Shown here one piece after another: positions 1 through 42,204 of a DNA stretch of 64,000 bases. Within the stretch, counting starts at the first letter, position 1, and every line of letters begins with the position of its first letter. This DNA comes from Amoebidium appalachense (lineage: Eukaryota; Protista; Ichthyosporea), in assembly GCA_963693365.1 (NCBI GenBank), contig CAVNZM010000006.1:4753264-4817263 (forward strand). The letters run 5' to 3'. The position numbers and the translations under genes were made by a program. The notes under the pieces are model-generated. The model made no database searches. It was not told the origin of the DNA and saw nothing but the letters and a program-made list of their open reading frames with translations.

Positions 1-300
1 GGGTGGGGGGTAGAGGAGGAGGAGGCCGATTTTCAAACCATAGCACATCTGTCAGACCATCTATGTCCGGGGGGGAGAAGGGGGGGGGAGGGGGGGGGGA
101 GTTCCAAACCTTAGAGGATTTCAGGCGGCAAAGGGGGGGGGGGGGGGGGGGGGGGGGGGGAGGAATTGTGTTGTTGGTATGCAGTATGCCGTTGAAGGAA
201 GGACGGAAGGAGGGGAGGTGTGGGCGGGCGGGGGGGGGGGGGGGGGGGGGGGGGAGAGTGAGAGAGAGAGGGTAAGAAGAGTGTGCCCACAAAAACCTAC

Positions 301-941
301 CTGAAGTCCATAGATCCACCTCCCATCGGATAATCGGATTGCGATTGCACGGCCGATCGCCATTCGATCGCGCCGCCTGGAAACTGAGCATTTGCGTTCA
401 GCTCCGAAGGCTCGCATTCCATCTTCGTCCACACTTGCGTTTTAAAATTAAACTTAAAAACATCCACGGGTGTGCGTAGGGTATTGGGCGTACCGCCACC
501 AACAACATACATAAACGTATCGTCACACACAGATTCGTGCCTGTATCTTCCTGGCGGCATATTTTCCAAATCCCCATCCGCGGGTTTTGTTTCCACGCGT
601 CTCCATTCATATCTTGCCAGGTCTAACCTGTACATGTCGTTATAGTAAACACACCCTGACGTTCCTCCAAAAACATAGAGCGAACCGCGTCTGTGAATCA
701 TGGTATGTCCGTAGCGAGGGGAGGGAGTATCTCCCGTTGTGTGTGGGCGGGACCAGTGGAAGGTGGAGAGGTTGAGCACGAAGAGGGAGTTGCTGTTTGT
801 TTGGCCAAAGGGGACGTTGGAGCCACCAAACACGTACATGAGGTTTCCCAGGAGCACGGCTGTGTGTGTGTGGGGGGGGGGGGGGAGGGGAGGGGGGGGG
901 AAGGGGGGGGGGGGGGGGGGGGGGATGATGGGGTTGGTAGG

Positions 942-1004
<63 letters not shown>

Positions 1005-2416
1005 ATGTGTCGGCGTGTTTATGTGTGTGTATGTGCACGTGCACGTGTCTGTGTAAGAGTTTATTGTGTATGCGTGTGCGTGTGTGTGTGTACGTTTGTG
1101 CGTGTTCTGGGAAAGTAGGAACGGTGTGTGTCTGTGTGGGGAAGAGAGGAAGAAGGGTGTGTGATGAAGTGTGTGTGCCAGGTAGGAGTGCGGGTGGCAG
1201 GGGATGGGGTTGGGGGTGAGGTGGGAGGGAGGGGGGGGGGGGGGGGGGGAGAGGGGGGAAATCACAATAGGAGGTTAGCACGTGGTTTACAGCATGAAGT
1301 GCGAAGGCACAAGAATGGCATGGTCCAGAACAAGAAGAAGTGGTGAGCTTAGACATAGGCGCATGTGTTTTGTGCATGTGTATGGGCGTGCGCATGTGTG
1401 CGTGTGCGTGTCCATTTTTCGATGTATCTTCAGGTGTGTGTGTGTCTGTGTCTGCACGCCCTCCCTTACAATCTTTCTTACCCGCCTTTCCGTTTCCACC
1501 ATCATTTCCCCAAAACTGTGCCTTAAAACCTATACATGCGTGCTCGCTTGCAACGATAAATACAGGTACACACAACATATCATCCAAGCCAAAAAAAAAA
1601 CAAATGCATCACCCACGTCTACGCATCCATCCTCGCTATATCACATGCACCATCTCGGCAACCAAGTGCGCTTCACGCACACAGATCTCCGCGTCCAAGC
1701 AAAAAAAAGCAACACGCACACTCTCAGAACTACGTGTGAGGCCCAATCACCAAAATACATGCATCACGGCAAAAAAAGCCACACTGCTCCCTCAGCACAA
1801 CCGACTAAATTCCTGGCCCACGGTGATTACATTTGTATGTACATCGTTCTTTCTTGCCATTACATCTCGTGTTGAACTTGTGTCATAAAACCTCCCGTAT
1901 AGCAAATCTCATTTCCTAATTCTCAAGAACTTCCTTAGCTTCTAGATCCCACTCACCTGCATGCGACACCCGCTCTGTAGGTATACACCCCGAAGTTTCC
2001 AGTCGCTGCCATGTTCTTGTTTTCAAGTGCAGCCTGTGTAGGTCGTTGAAACATATCCCATCATGATACCCACCAAACACATACATCCACACCCCATCCT
2101 CGTCACAAACAGCCACATGCCCACTCCTTGGTGTTGGCTTTTCACCGTAGCAGTAAAATGGCTCGAGTGACGGCCGGGCTGTGCACAGCGGCACCAGCTC
2201 CTTCTTGTTTGCTAGAGGGAGGGCTGCATGACTTGGCTCGCTCGATTCAATGCTAGCTTGGTCGTTTCCGTTCTGGTGGGCTCTAGATGTTGCTGTGTGG
2301 GAGTGAGAGTGGTGACGGCCACTATGAGGTAGGTTTTGGTGCCTCGAAGGGAGCTTATGGGCACCGGCATGGCTAGCAGGAAAGCCCCCGCCCATCCGTG
2401 GCCCCACACGCACCAT
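301..2416 (-). CDS. Kelch-repeat protein, KLHDC10-like (partial; continues beyond the left edge of the window)
   Basis: Exon 1 is 2416..1957 (ATG, GTGAGT donor) and exon 2 is 859..301 (CAG acceptor, GTAGG donor), joined in phase 1. Kelch repeats are visible: [60 protein letters not shown]. The '[14 protein letters not shown]' and 'GRYRHE' segments resemble KLHDC10, from memory. Confidence 0.85.
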
Positions 2417-3216
2417 TTTCTCAACGTATAGCTGATAAAAATGAGCTTTCTGTTCACTATGTTTAAAACCTTACGAGAAAACGTGCTGATATAGCGTAGT
2501 TGCAGCTATAACAGAGGCAGTCTTATTTTTTCAACCAGTTTTCATGTTTGAGGGGATGTAAACTCTAGGTTTCCTATGTTTCATGCGCTTGCTTTTTCTT
2601 ACCCTTTCTGTTTCTTGTTTCATTACTCGCTTAAACCCATGCTTCCTAATTCCCGTTTGTTTCCCCGCCTTTCTTAAACACCACAAGCCTCTAACACGCT
2701 ACTTCGCTCCCCACAAAATCCTCGCAATCAGAACAAAATAGAACATGCCCTGATCAAATAGGAAAACTGTGGCTCCTTCTCACTTAAACCTTCTAATATA
2801 TCACTCAGCTATACAAGCACAGGTAAACTCGTTTTTCCATAGGTATTCCATAGGTAAACTTCCTTTTCAAGCACTATTCCTTCACTAAATCAGCACTTTG
2901 CCTCGAGTAAACAGCGTAAACCCCGTAAAAACATCGTTTCTCGAAAACTTTTCGTTGGGTGCTTTTTTGAACCGCCCAGTGCGCAGTTTCTGTCGTGGCT
3001 CACCGCCCCGCTGATTGGTCAGTTACAGCCAAGCCAATCAGCGATGACAAGCGCACAACTCAATTTCGGGTCGATTCGGGCTGGGGACTCCCTCCGGGCC
3101 GGATCGAAAGTCTAGAGGCGAAACCTCGGGAATACCCCCCCCTTCCCCCTCCCCCCCCTCCCCCAACCCCCACCCACCCCCCTCTCCCCTCACGGAGTGC
3201 ACCCATAGCGTGGCCA

Positions 3217-3284
<68 letters not shown>

Positions 3285-3300
3285 TCTCTCTCCCCCCCTC

Positions 3301-3376
<76 letters not shown>

Positions 3377-3914
3377 CCCCCCCCTCCCCTCTAGATCTCT
3401 AGTCTCTCTCTCCCCCCAAACACACACACACACACTCTCTCTCTCTCCCCCTCCCCCCCCTCCCCCCCCCCCCCCTCCTTTCTCTCTCTGTCACCCCCCC
3501 CCCCCCCCCCCTCTCTCTCTCAGCCTCTCCCCCCCCCTCCCCCCTGCCCCTCCCTCTCTCTATCTCCCCCCCACCCCACCCCCCCTTGGCCCCCATCCCC
3601 TCTCTTCTTGGATTTTCTCCCTCTCTCTTTGCTCTCCCTCCACCCCCCCCACCCCCGCCCTCCCCCCTCCTCCCTCCCCCCCCTTACACGTGTACCCCGA
3701 TGACCTCCCCTCGGCCGTTGTCAACAGCCATAATCTACCCCTCCTCCCCCCCCCCTCCCGCCCCCCCCAAACACACACACACACACACACTACCCCCCCC
3801 CCCTCCCCCAGAACCCAGGTGTCTGGGCGTGCCTTCTTCGAAATAGCCATCATAGGGAAGACTGAATATGGGGTTGTGCATCAGGGTGCCCAGAAAACCA
3901 AAATCAAGTTCAGT

Positions 3915-5272
3915 GTCCATTGGAATTTTCATCAATGGAACATTAACACCCGGTTTTTCCCGTTCTCGGGGTCTTCTACAGGGGTCCCTCCTGAGTCCGT
4001 TGTTGTTTGACGTTTTCATTAACGATTTAGCCTGCGCCCTCGAACCATTTGGCCAACTGCATACCCGCCGTGTACCGAGTCTCCTTTTTGCGGACGATAT
4101 GGTTCTTTGTTCCTTAACCGAAGATGTCATGCACCAGATGCTTCGTCAGGTGGATCAATGGTGCACCGAGAATCTCATGACAGTCGGAATTGCAAAGTGT
4201 GCTACTTTTTCGAAAAAGTTCGATTGGCCGGTCTTCCTATTCCTGTTCAGAGCACCTATGACTATTTGGGTATTCCTTTTACTGCACGGGGTATTGATTT
4301 CCGCAAGCTCCTCACGGCACGGATCGCTCGTGCGAAGGGTAAGCTTCACATCGTGTCAAATATGTTTCAACGGGAGTCTGTGATCCATCCTGCGAACCTT
4401 CTTCTCTACTATAAAACTTTTTTACGGCCGACTTTCGAATATGGACTTCCACTATTGGCCTGCGCCCCACCTCGCGAGGCGGCCGTGGCGCTGAAAGAGT
4501 TCGACGATTTTCAGGGTACTGCGCTGCGCACTTTGTTTCGTACTCGGTTTGTGCCTCCCTTAATCAGTATGTTTGGATTGTCGTCTGCTGTTTGTCGTAT
4601 GTATGGAGGCATTGTCTCTTCGTTTTTGTTTTCATTTAGTTAGGATACCTGATGGTCACCCTCTTTATGCTTTCTTTCCCCCCCCTCCCTCCATCCCTCT
4701 TCCCCCCCGATCCACCAACGCTACTTCTGAATGTCCTCAGCCTACCCTCTTTCAACCTGATTCTTCCTCTCGCTATCTCACTCCCTCTTTCTTTTCTCTT
4801 CCTGTTTTTTCTGCCTTTTCGCGTTATTACCATACGCAGTATAAGCTTCTTTCCCGTTCTGATAGAGAAATCAAAGGTAAAACTCGGTCGGCATGTGTTA
4901 TGTTCCTTAGGCAACACCGTACTGATCATTATCGCTTTTTGGGAGCTTTGGCAGGATATATTTCTCCTGCTGTACGTATGGATACCACCCTAGTAGATAA
5001 AGTCTGTATGGTGCTCTGATGTTGATATTGCCTGGGAAGTTGTGCAGTGGCGTTGTAATTTTTGTTTTCATCGCCGCTGGTGCCACTTTTGTGCTGAACT
5101 TTTTAATCGCAAGCATGTTGATAGGTGTGAGTTTTTATGTCGCGTTTTACCTCTTTCCCTACGGGTGTCTGCTACACTGGCTGGCAATGTGACCACTTTA
5201 GACTTTTTGTTGAATTCTGTTGGTCGTCACATTGAGTATTTATATGATTTTCACAGTGTTCAGGTATCTTAG
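3915..5272 (+). mobile_element. 5'-truncated, frameshifted non-LTR (LINE-like) retrotransposon: reverse transcriptase plus C-terminal Cys/His motif
   Basis: RT motifs lie in successive frames: INGTLT..RGLLQGSLLSPLLFDVFINDL, LLFADD, KCAT, YDYLGIPF, YKTFLRPTFEYGL. The C-terminus reads WRCNFC..WCHFC..FNRKHVDRC..LDFLLN. There are several frameshifts and no introns. Confidence 0.88.
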
Positions 5273-5661
5273 TATGCACTTGTTACTGGATAACTCGTGA
5301 AGTTTTTTATTGTCTTCTCAGTATGCCGTGCATACTTGTCATATCTTTCCGTCGAATAAATCCAGTCAAAAGAAAAATTTTCATCAGATGAATTTATTTG
5401 CCGTGTTCATTTTTTCATGCTAGTCAGTACGTGTTGGACTTGTCAAATGAAAAGTGAGAACCGAGATAGCAAATGTTCATCGACTAGAGTGGCACCTCCT
5501 GTGTGTCCGATAGATCTACTAATCTGAATAATTATAAGATGCTAGTTTGCTAAGTATGTAGTCACCTTAGCTCAGCACCTATGAGCAATATCGACTAGGG
5601 TACGCCCAAGAAAGGAAACTACCATGTCCAAATAAGGAAGCTAAATATCCAAATAAGGAAA

Positions 5662-22214
<16,553 letters not shown>

Positions 22215-24114
22215 CTTCGCGGTTGCAGACGTGTTTGTGCCAATTGCAAGCTTAAGTGTAAGTGAATTGTGGTGTGGTGTATGAGTAAGGAGCTGTGATA
22301 CATATAGCTCACCGTCAACATTGTCGATGTTTCGTCACCTGCATGGTCTACAATTGGCGCGCGCGCACGTGGCATTTACGTCATGTGAACTGTAGTAGTG
22401 GCCAGGTCCCAGCTCCAGCTCTCGCGGCCGGTGTGCGCCGCGTGCACGTGACTCGGAAGGTCCACATATGCCCAGTGTAGTGGTTGTATTCTCTCTGCGA
22501 ATTCACACATTCGGCCTCTTCCGGTTATATGTACAATGGTGTCCATATGCATGCCATTATAATGTTAGTATCATCGTATGTGCACGCACACGTGCGTGCG
22601 CACCATAGCCATATGCATTGACTATGATAATGGCATGCATACATGTACATATGCACACCGATATGTCCGGAGGAGGCAGGGATTCAAAAATATATTCGAA
22701 TATGGAAGCCAGCCGGAGCCACAACCGTTCTGTGTCCACCGTTGAACCCGGCATGTGCACAGCCTGCGGCCGAGGACCTGCCCTGACCTGCCCGATATGC
22801 CGTCCCACCTGGTCGAATTCATCTAGATCCAGATCTATTCACACTATTCTAAGCTTCTCATTGGTCGATCTTTCATTTTTAGATTGGTGGATCTACAACA
22901 TCAAAGGAAGCCGTTGGAAGGGGGCAAAAAAAGCAATCAGAATCTCAGGTCTTCCCTGGTCTTTGCAAGCGGTTCTGCCAGGCTGTTGAGCATGATTGAG
23001 GTGATCGACGGCTCTGTATTTTTTTTTTTTTTACAACCCACTTATCCGCCAAAACGGAGATGTGGCGTACTCGAGCTCCGCTCAATGTATATATCTTTAG
23101 GACGGGCGAGATCTAGGCGCGCGAACGCGGGCCAATCATCCGCGTGTGTTGCCGCTTGCGGCGCCTGCAGTCTCCGAGTGCAGTGGCCACGTTGCGGTGT
23201 ACTGTGTATTGTGACATGTATGTGCTCGTGAAACTGCGAAACACTGAGTGCCGTGGGATATGTCGTATTTGTTAATTTTAGAGTTTCAAGATATATATTC
23301 GGGGTATCGATGTTTTGTAATGACTCATGATGATGATAATCCAGAGGTGTTAACAAGCTTGTCAGGGACTCATCCGGATCCGGAGCCCGGAATACGCACG
23401 CAATGTAAAAAGTACCAAAAATGCTGCCGATGCACTGATGAGTGATGACCACGTGCCTCAGATGCAGAGCTCCGTCCTGCAGGCTGAGGGCTATTAATAC
23501 ATTCGGAATCCGGTTTCCTTACAATCAATCTAGATCTTGATGTATACTGACACGTCAATACTAGCATGTACTTACATATATATTCTGTACTCACGTGCAC
23601 ATACAGACACTAGTGATCATGATCATGTGACGTGCTCCGCCCTGCCATGTTTGGACGGGGCAAGTGAAGCTAATTAGCCATGACATTCTATTTCTAATTT
23701 CGTTAGTATGTCGTTATTATTATAATTACTAACTTTGCCCTTTCTTATTAGGCTGATCCCTGGCGCTGTTGCAGCATAGAATGCCTGTACTAGTATTTTT
23801 TGCCATGATCATGTGCAGGGGAGGGGTTCTTGTAAAGAGGTAGGAATTCCTACAGTTTTCCTCGCCTTGGTGCAGAAAGTGTAATTGATTACTCCCCCCC
23901 CCCCCCCCCCCCCCCCCCCCCTTCCTCCGTACCCCCAGCCCTTTCCCGCGATATCGATCGCGATGACTCAACTCCAGCCCTGTATTCCGGATTCTGTGAG
24001 ATTTCCTGTGACCTTCTTGATCACTCTTGATAGATCACAGATGTTCCCCCGTGATATGTCATCCTCTAGCTTGCAACTAAACGCTACTTTAGCTCCACAA
24101 CTTCGATCCCTCCT

Positions 24115-24166
<52 letters not shown>

Positions 24167-24379
24167 ACATAGCTATTGATCACTATAGTCTGCAAATTTC
24201 TCTCCTGTATGTATGCATTGTTTACCTGTGTGATCATGATTACATGTCTTCAGAGCTTGCAGATATTTTCGGCAATGGTTAGAACCCTTTCCGCCTTTTT
24301 TCCTTCTCATCGAACTTCTAGTATGAAATTGTTCAGAGCCGGGGCTTGTAAAGTAAAGAAAAATCTCTATAATCAATAA

Positions 24380-25035
<656 letters not shown>

Positions 25036-25870
25036 ATCCTGACAGTTTGTCAGTGTGCACGTGGGAGATCTCACAGTACTACTGAAGAATTCGAAAGTCC
25101 GAGTTGGTGACCTAATTATGTGTTGCTGTGCACATGTCCTCGTTTGATCGCTTTTCAATCACACACACACATGTGTGTGTGTGTGTGTTTGTGTTATGTG
25201 ACATACTGTGTGTGTGTGCGTGCACGTGTACGTGTGTGCACATGTGTGTGTGTCCGAGTGCGTGTGTGCCTGTCTGTGTGTGTGTGTGCGCGCGCGTGTG
25301 TCTGTGTCTGTGTGTGTATGCGCGCGCGCGCGTTTTTTGTGTGTGTGTATGTACATGTGTACATGTTGCAACGTGTGGCGTGTGTGCGTGTGTGTGTGCG
25401 GGGCCGTATACACTGTGAGCGGGTTTCTGTCTGCGTGTGTGCACGTCTGTCTTCTTTGGGTGGGCGTTTTTTTTTGTTTTTTTTTACTTCGAGAGGAGAA
25501 GGGGGGGGGGGGGGGGGGGGGGGGGGGGGAGGGGGGGGGGGGACGGGGGGAGGGAATGTGACAAAAGGCATGAGCTAGGTGATGGTTACAGTATACCCAA
25601 ACGGCACATGAATTGCCAGTCTTGCATACGCGCCTGCACCGTACAACTAATAATATTGCTGCAATGGACCTTGCATGAACAGGAACTCGTGGCAGCGTTT
25701 ACATCTCATGCAGTGTCCATAAGCGGGGTTCTGTTCTTAAAATCGTTGTTTCAATGCATTTTTGGACAAGGTTTTGTCACCGTATGGCACGGGGGGCAAG
25801 GAGGAAACATGTACACGTGTAGTGTACCCCCGGAGGCTGACACAGGCTGACATGCGGATAATTTCTCGGA

Positions 25871-25955
25871 CCAATCAAATGGGCTAGTGAATAGGGATTC
25901 TTCCAACAGCCAATCCTTGCTAGCCTACGGAGGAGAGCAAAATTAGTTCACCAAT
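25871..25955 (+). promoter_or_regulatory. Three regularly spaced CCAAT boxes; probable GH47 gene promoter
   Basis: CCAAT at 25871, 25910 and 25951 (about 40 bp apart). They are followed by a strong donor CAG|GTAAGA at 26024, a candidate UTR exon 26436-26470 (CAG..|GTAAGG), and an acceptor at 27924 just before the ATG. Confidence 0.5.
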
Positions 25956-26905
25956 CATTGCACTGGAATGCACAGTGGAATGAACTCAGTCAACCTTGGC
26001 AAACCCTTGCAGAAAAGAACACAGGTAAGAAAGGACAAACTGAACTTCGATCACAATATGTCTCCATAAAACAACACTATGAGCTTACGAAACATACCCT
26101 GTAGCTGTCACATCCTAGCCACTTCCTCTCCGCACTTCGTGTGACAGAACACGCTGTATTCGATCTTGCCTTACTATGAATCATAGCAAGCGAACGACAC
26201 CTGCGTTTCACCGTAATGTCAACTACTTTGAAAGCTAGTTTATCCGCGCTATGATTAAAAACCAATAAGATCAGTACAGTCGAGAGCAATGACTTTAGTA
26301 AACTATTAGTGCTCTTCTCTGTTGTTGGAGTAGCCGCGAGTTTAGGCGGTATCTGTGTCCCCTCGGGTTTTACAGGAGGACGGGAGTAAAGAAGCAAGAA
26401 AGAACCCAAACTTCCTTCGACAATCGTTTCCGCAGTTGGTGGCACAAGCGCCCTCACTGTTACGTAAAAGGTAAGGTTTGTGTTGAAAATGTAGTTGATG
26501 AGTCCGGCAATTGAGTTTGTTTTTGAAAGATTGTGCAAAGTGAATGTTGGGATAAGTAGACGGGACACAGCCGAGTCATGGCCAGCACCCACTCGTGCAC
26601 ACACAGGCACTCACGTGTGCACTCGCGGATGTGAACAAAAAAGTTCATCAAGGCTGCTGGTACACACAAAGATGAACAAAAGCTCGCAGAAACGCATCCA
26701 CACTCACAGATGCATGCAGGCCCACGTGCACACCCATCCACACACCCATGCACACGAGAACACACCGCCACACACACACAAGAACACACAGGCACACCTA
26801 CCCACACACACGCACACACACGCGCACACGCAAGCACAGTCATACACCGGCGCAGACACACACACGCAACTGCACGTGCACGTAGACATGCACACACCCT
26901 TCCAA

Positions 26906-26953
<48 letters not shown>

Positions 26954-27754
26954 GCACACGCACACATCTATGCACACGAATACAACCACACATACACACT
27001 GACGCTCGCACACACGCACACAAACCTACAAAACACACGCCTCACAAGCGCGCGTGCGGTAGCTGAGAGCGGCCTTATGAGATGCACACATTGCTGCATT
27101 CACCGCCGCATAGACACTGATACCAAAAACATCGTGTTGCGTGTCTAATGTGTTTCATATGTTCAACGCACTTCATACCTTTTTGAACTAGCATCTTAGC
27201 TTGCACATATGAATACCGTAACATTCCCCCTCCCCCCCCCCCCCCCAAAAAAAATAAAATAAAATAAAAAATAAAAAATAAAATAAAATAAAGCAAAACA
27301 AAATAAAATAAAAAAGAATGTCGGGAGGTAGCTCTTGCTCTCACCACGTTGCACCGTTTCTCGTAAAACTGCCACCCACCCAAGAATCCTGCATTTATTT
27401 CAACACCGATCACAAAAAACAATTTGATATGTTCAAAAGTTACATCATGCTTTAGTTTCATTTCTCCTGTAAGCAGCAGCGGCTGCTTATCTACACTGTC
27501 CCCTGCCAGCCCGCAGATCAACCAAGCTACTTCAATAGAAGCAAACCAAACTATCCTCCCCTCCCCCCCCGCCCCCCCCCTCCCCCTCCCTCCCCCTCCC
27601 CCCCCCCCCCCCCCCAAAAAAAAAAAAGGAGGGGGTGGGGGAGAGGGGGGGGGGGGGGGGGAAGGGAGAGGGGGGAGGGAGGGGGGAGAGAGGGGGAGGG
27701 GGGGGGCTGGGGGGCGGGGAGAGGGGGGTGCAAGAGAGAGGGAGGGGGGGGGGG

Positions 27755-27800
<46 letters not shown>

Positions 27801-27936
27801 GGGAGGGGGAGAGAGACAGAGAGAGAGAGAGAAAGAAAGAGAGAGAGGAAGAGAACCACCATATATACATCCCACCTGCTGCCTGAGCACTACTCTTACT
27901 TACATAATAATTCTCACCCGACAGATATTTCGAACC

Positions 27937-39718
<11,782 letters not shown>

Positions 39719-39958
39719 TCCACAATCGACAGATCATTTAATCTTAGTATTAATTTTTATTTTTATTTTGAGCGGTATAGGTCATTTGTTTCGAAGGGGT
39801 TTTTTCCTTTTGGACCCTCACAACGCGCGCAAATATGCCCTTCTTCCTTGCCGGGGCCTGCCCACTGCCGCCCCTTCAATCAGACAAGTCCCAGCTCCCC
39901 ATCACACTGCACAGCGACCCTCCCTCCCCTTCCCCCCCCCCCTCCCCCCCCCCCCCTC

Positions 39959-40063
<105 letters not shown>

Positions 40064-40236
40064 AATCACTCGTGTGGGTGGCCACCATTTCATGCAGGGT
40101 ATTTCGCTCAACCACTCGCATCCCTCGTAATGGTGAACTTCTATCAATATATGTATTGATATAAAGCCCCTTTCTTCCTTCTGTATAATAACATGTAATT
40201 TTTCTACAACTTTGGACATACATATCTTGAGACTGG

Positions 40237-40313
<77 letters not shown>

Positions 40314-40743
40314 ATTTATTTATTTTTTTGACATTTCATCTCTTATGTATGTAACAGAATGCGGTGTATGGGCACGTCGCCTTCTGTCCGGTGAAGGTTT
40401 AAAAGGAACCTCACCAAGACATTGTGGCCGTCTTTGTGTTTTTCCTAAGTTTAAATGTTGAGTCTGGAACTCAGCAAATCGACTAATAAATTGAATGCAT
40501 ATAAATGTGCAGCGCTAGCATGACGCACACGTGGTTTGCTCAATGATTAGTGGTGATCATGCATTTTATGCATGTGGAGCCGTGACGCGGCATGAGATTT
40601 GGTGTCTGGTTATTACTACATAGCATGTACACATGTATGTACATGCATGATCATGAACATTGCTCATACACACATAAACACTCTCTCACTTTTAGATCTC
40701 CCCCCCCCCCCCCCCCCCCCTCCCCCCTTCCCCCCCTCTCCCC

Positions 40744-40861
<118 letters not shown>

Positions 40862-42197
40862 CCCCCTCTCTTTCTCTCTCTAGATCTCTCTCGAGCTCTC
40901 TCGCTGCCTCTATCATCGGCCTCCCGGACCTGGTGTGATAGAATATCAAATAGAATTATTCAAACCTTTTTTGTGCATTCCTCTTTGCATCCGTTGCATG
41001 CGGCGCATGAACTTCGTGCGTGTGCACGTGACTCTCACTGACGACATCAAGTCCTCCTACTCTGAGGAGGCCTTGGACGACATGTGGCACGGTGTCGCCG
41101 GTGACTCGACGCTTCAGGAATGATACTATGACAAAAATATGGGCAGGTGTAAATTTTAAATTACAATCATCATGGACTAAAGTCATGTCCCCCCCCCCCC
41201 CTCCCCCCCTCCCCCCCGAGAAGTAAAGAAAAAGATTGTGACATAGCAGCGTGCCGATTTTTTGCCCTGCCGTTAGGAGCTCATTGATTGGCTACTTACA
41301 AGGCCTGTCCAACTCTGGAATGCGCGGCTCAAACAAGAATCCACGCGTTCTTCTCTCTCTACATGCAACAGTCAATATAATAAATCAATAATGATGACTG
41401 AAAAAATTGCACACATTCATAAACAAAACAAAACTACTACTACGCACAATGTGTGCTTCTTTTATGGTTCAACTTGTCGACACGCGAACGTGTAACTTTC
41501 ACCCCTAATTGTTTTATCCTATTGCTCCGTAAACCAATCGGAATTCATTCGAAATTTGATTGGGTTTTTTACTTGGTGCCGCTTCAATCAATCAAAAGAC
41601 CCGATGAGTATGACGTCACACGGCTGAACTGACTGAAGGTGAGGGTGGAGAGTGACATATATCATGAACTTGAAAAATAATTCAAAAATATAAAAACTTT
41701 CAAACACTGCTGGGTATCTCTTACACAGGACACTGTCAAAGTAGAAGTTTTTGTGTGGTTGAGGAGGAACACCATTGCGTGCACATGCACACACACCGTC
41801 CGGCGAGTCATGTTTTGATGTTTGCACTTTGCATCCCCGGTGGCATGTCTGGCTGGTGACCTTACATGTTCTCGATGCTGGCTACCCAGAGCACATGTAA
41901 GCCATGAGGAATATCGATTATTCTTTAATAATTAAAGTATTCTCTTGTTCTTGCTACTACAGTGGCTGTACATAGTACCATATTGCGCCATCAGCATAGG
42001 CATCTACGTAGTACCCTGGGCTCTTTTTGATGGCAAATATGGGCGGAATGCAAAACGGTTCAGTGATATAGCCTTTTCGCTTCGTGCGCCTGCCTGTGTC
42101 ACTAAATAGTGCTCAGTTCAACCGGTCAGCTGAGCGGCTCATTCAAACGCCCGGGTGACTTTGTTTATTCCTCACTTTCATTCGCCCTCTGTCCGGT

Positions 42198-42204
42198 TAT
42201 AAAA
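42198..42204 (+). promoter_or_regulatory. TATA box upstream of a probable non-coding first exon of the DUF389 gene
   Basis: TATAAAA followed about 90 nt later by a perfect donor AAG|GTGAGT at 42291. Confidence 0.45.

Noticed and set aside
23435-23490. CTGATGAG hammerhead core or C/D-box snoRNA
   Set aside because: No stem II followed by GAAA, and the C-to-D box distance is too short with no terminal stem.
24173-24300. HTGEK zinc-finger linker on the minus strand
   Set aside because: There is no C2H2 spacing around it; probably chance.
26077-26610. 177-aa minus-strand ORF
   Set aside because: It has no ATG start or recognisable motif, and the splice signals and CA polarity here favour a + strand UTR region.
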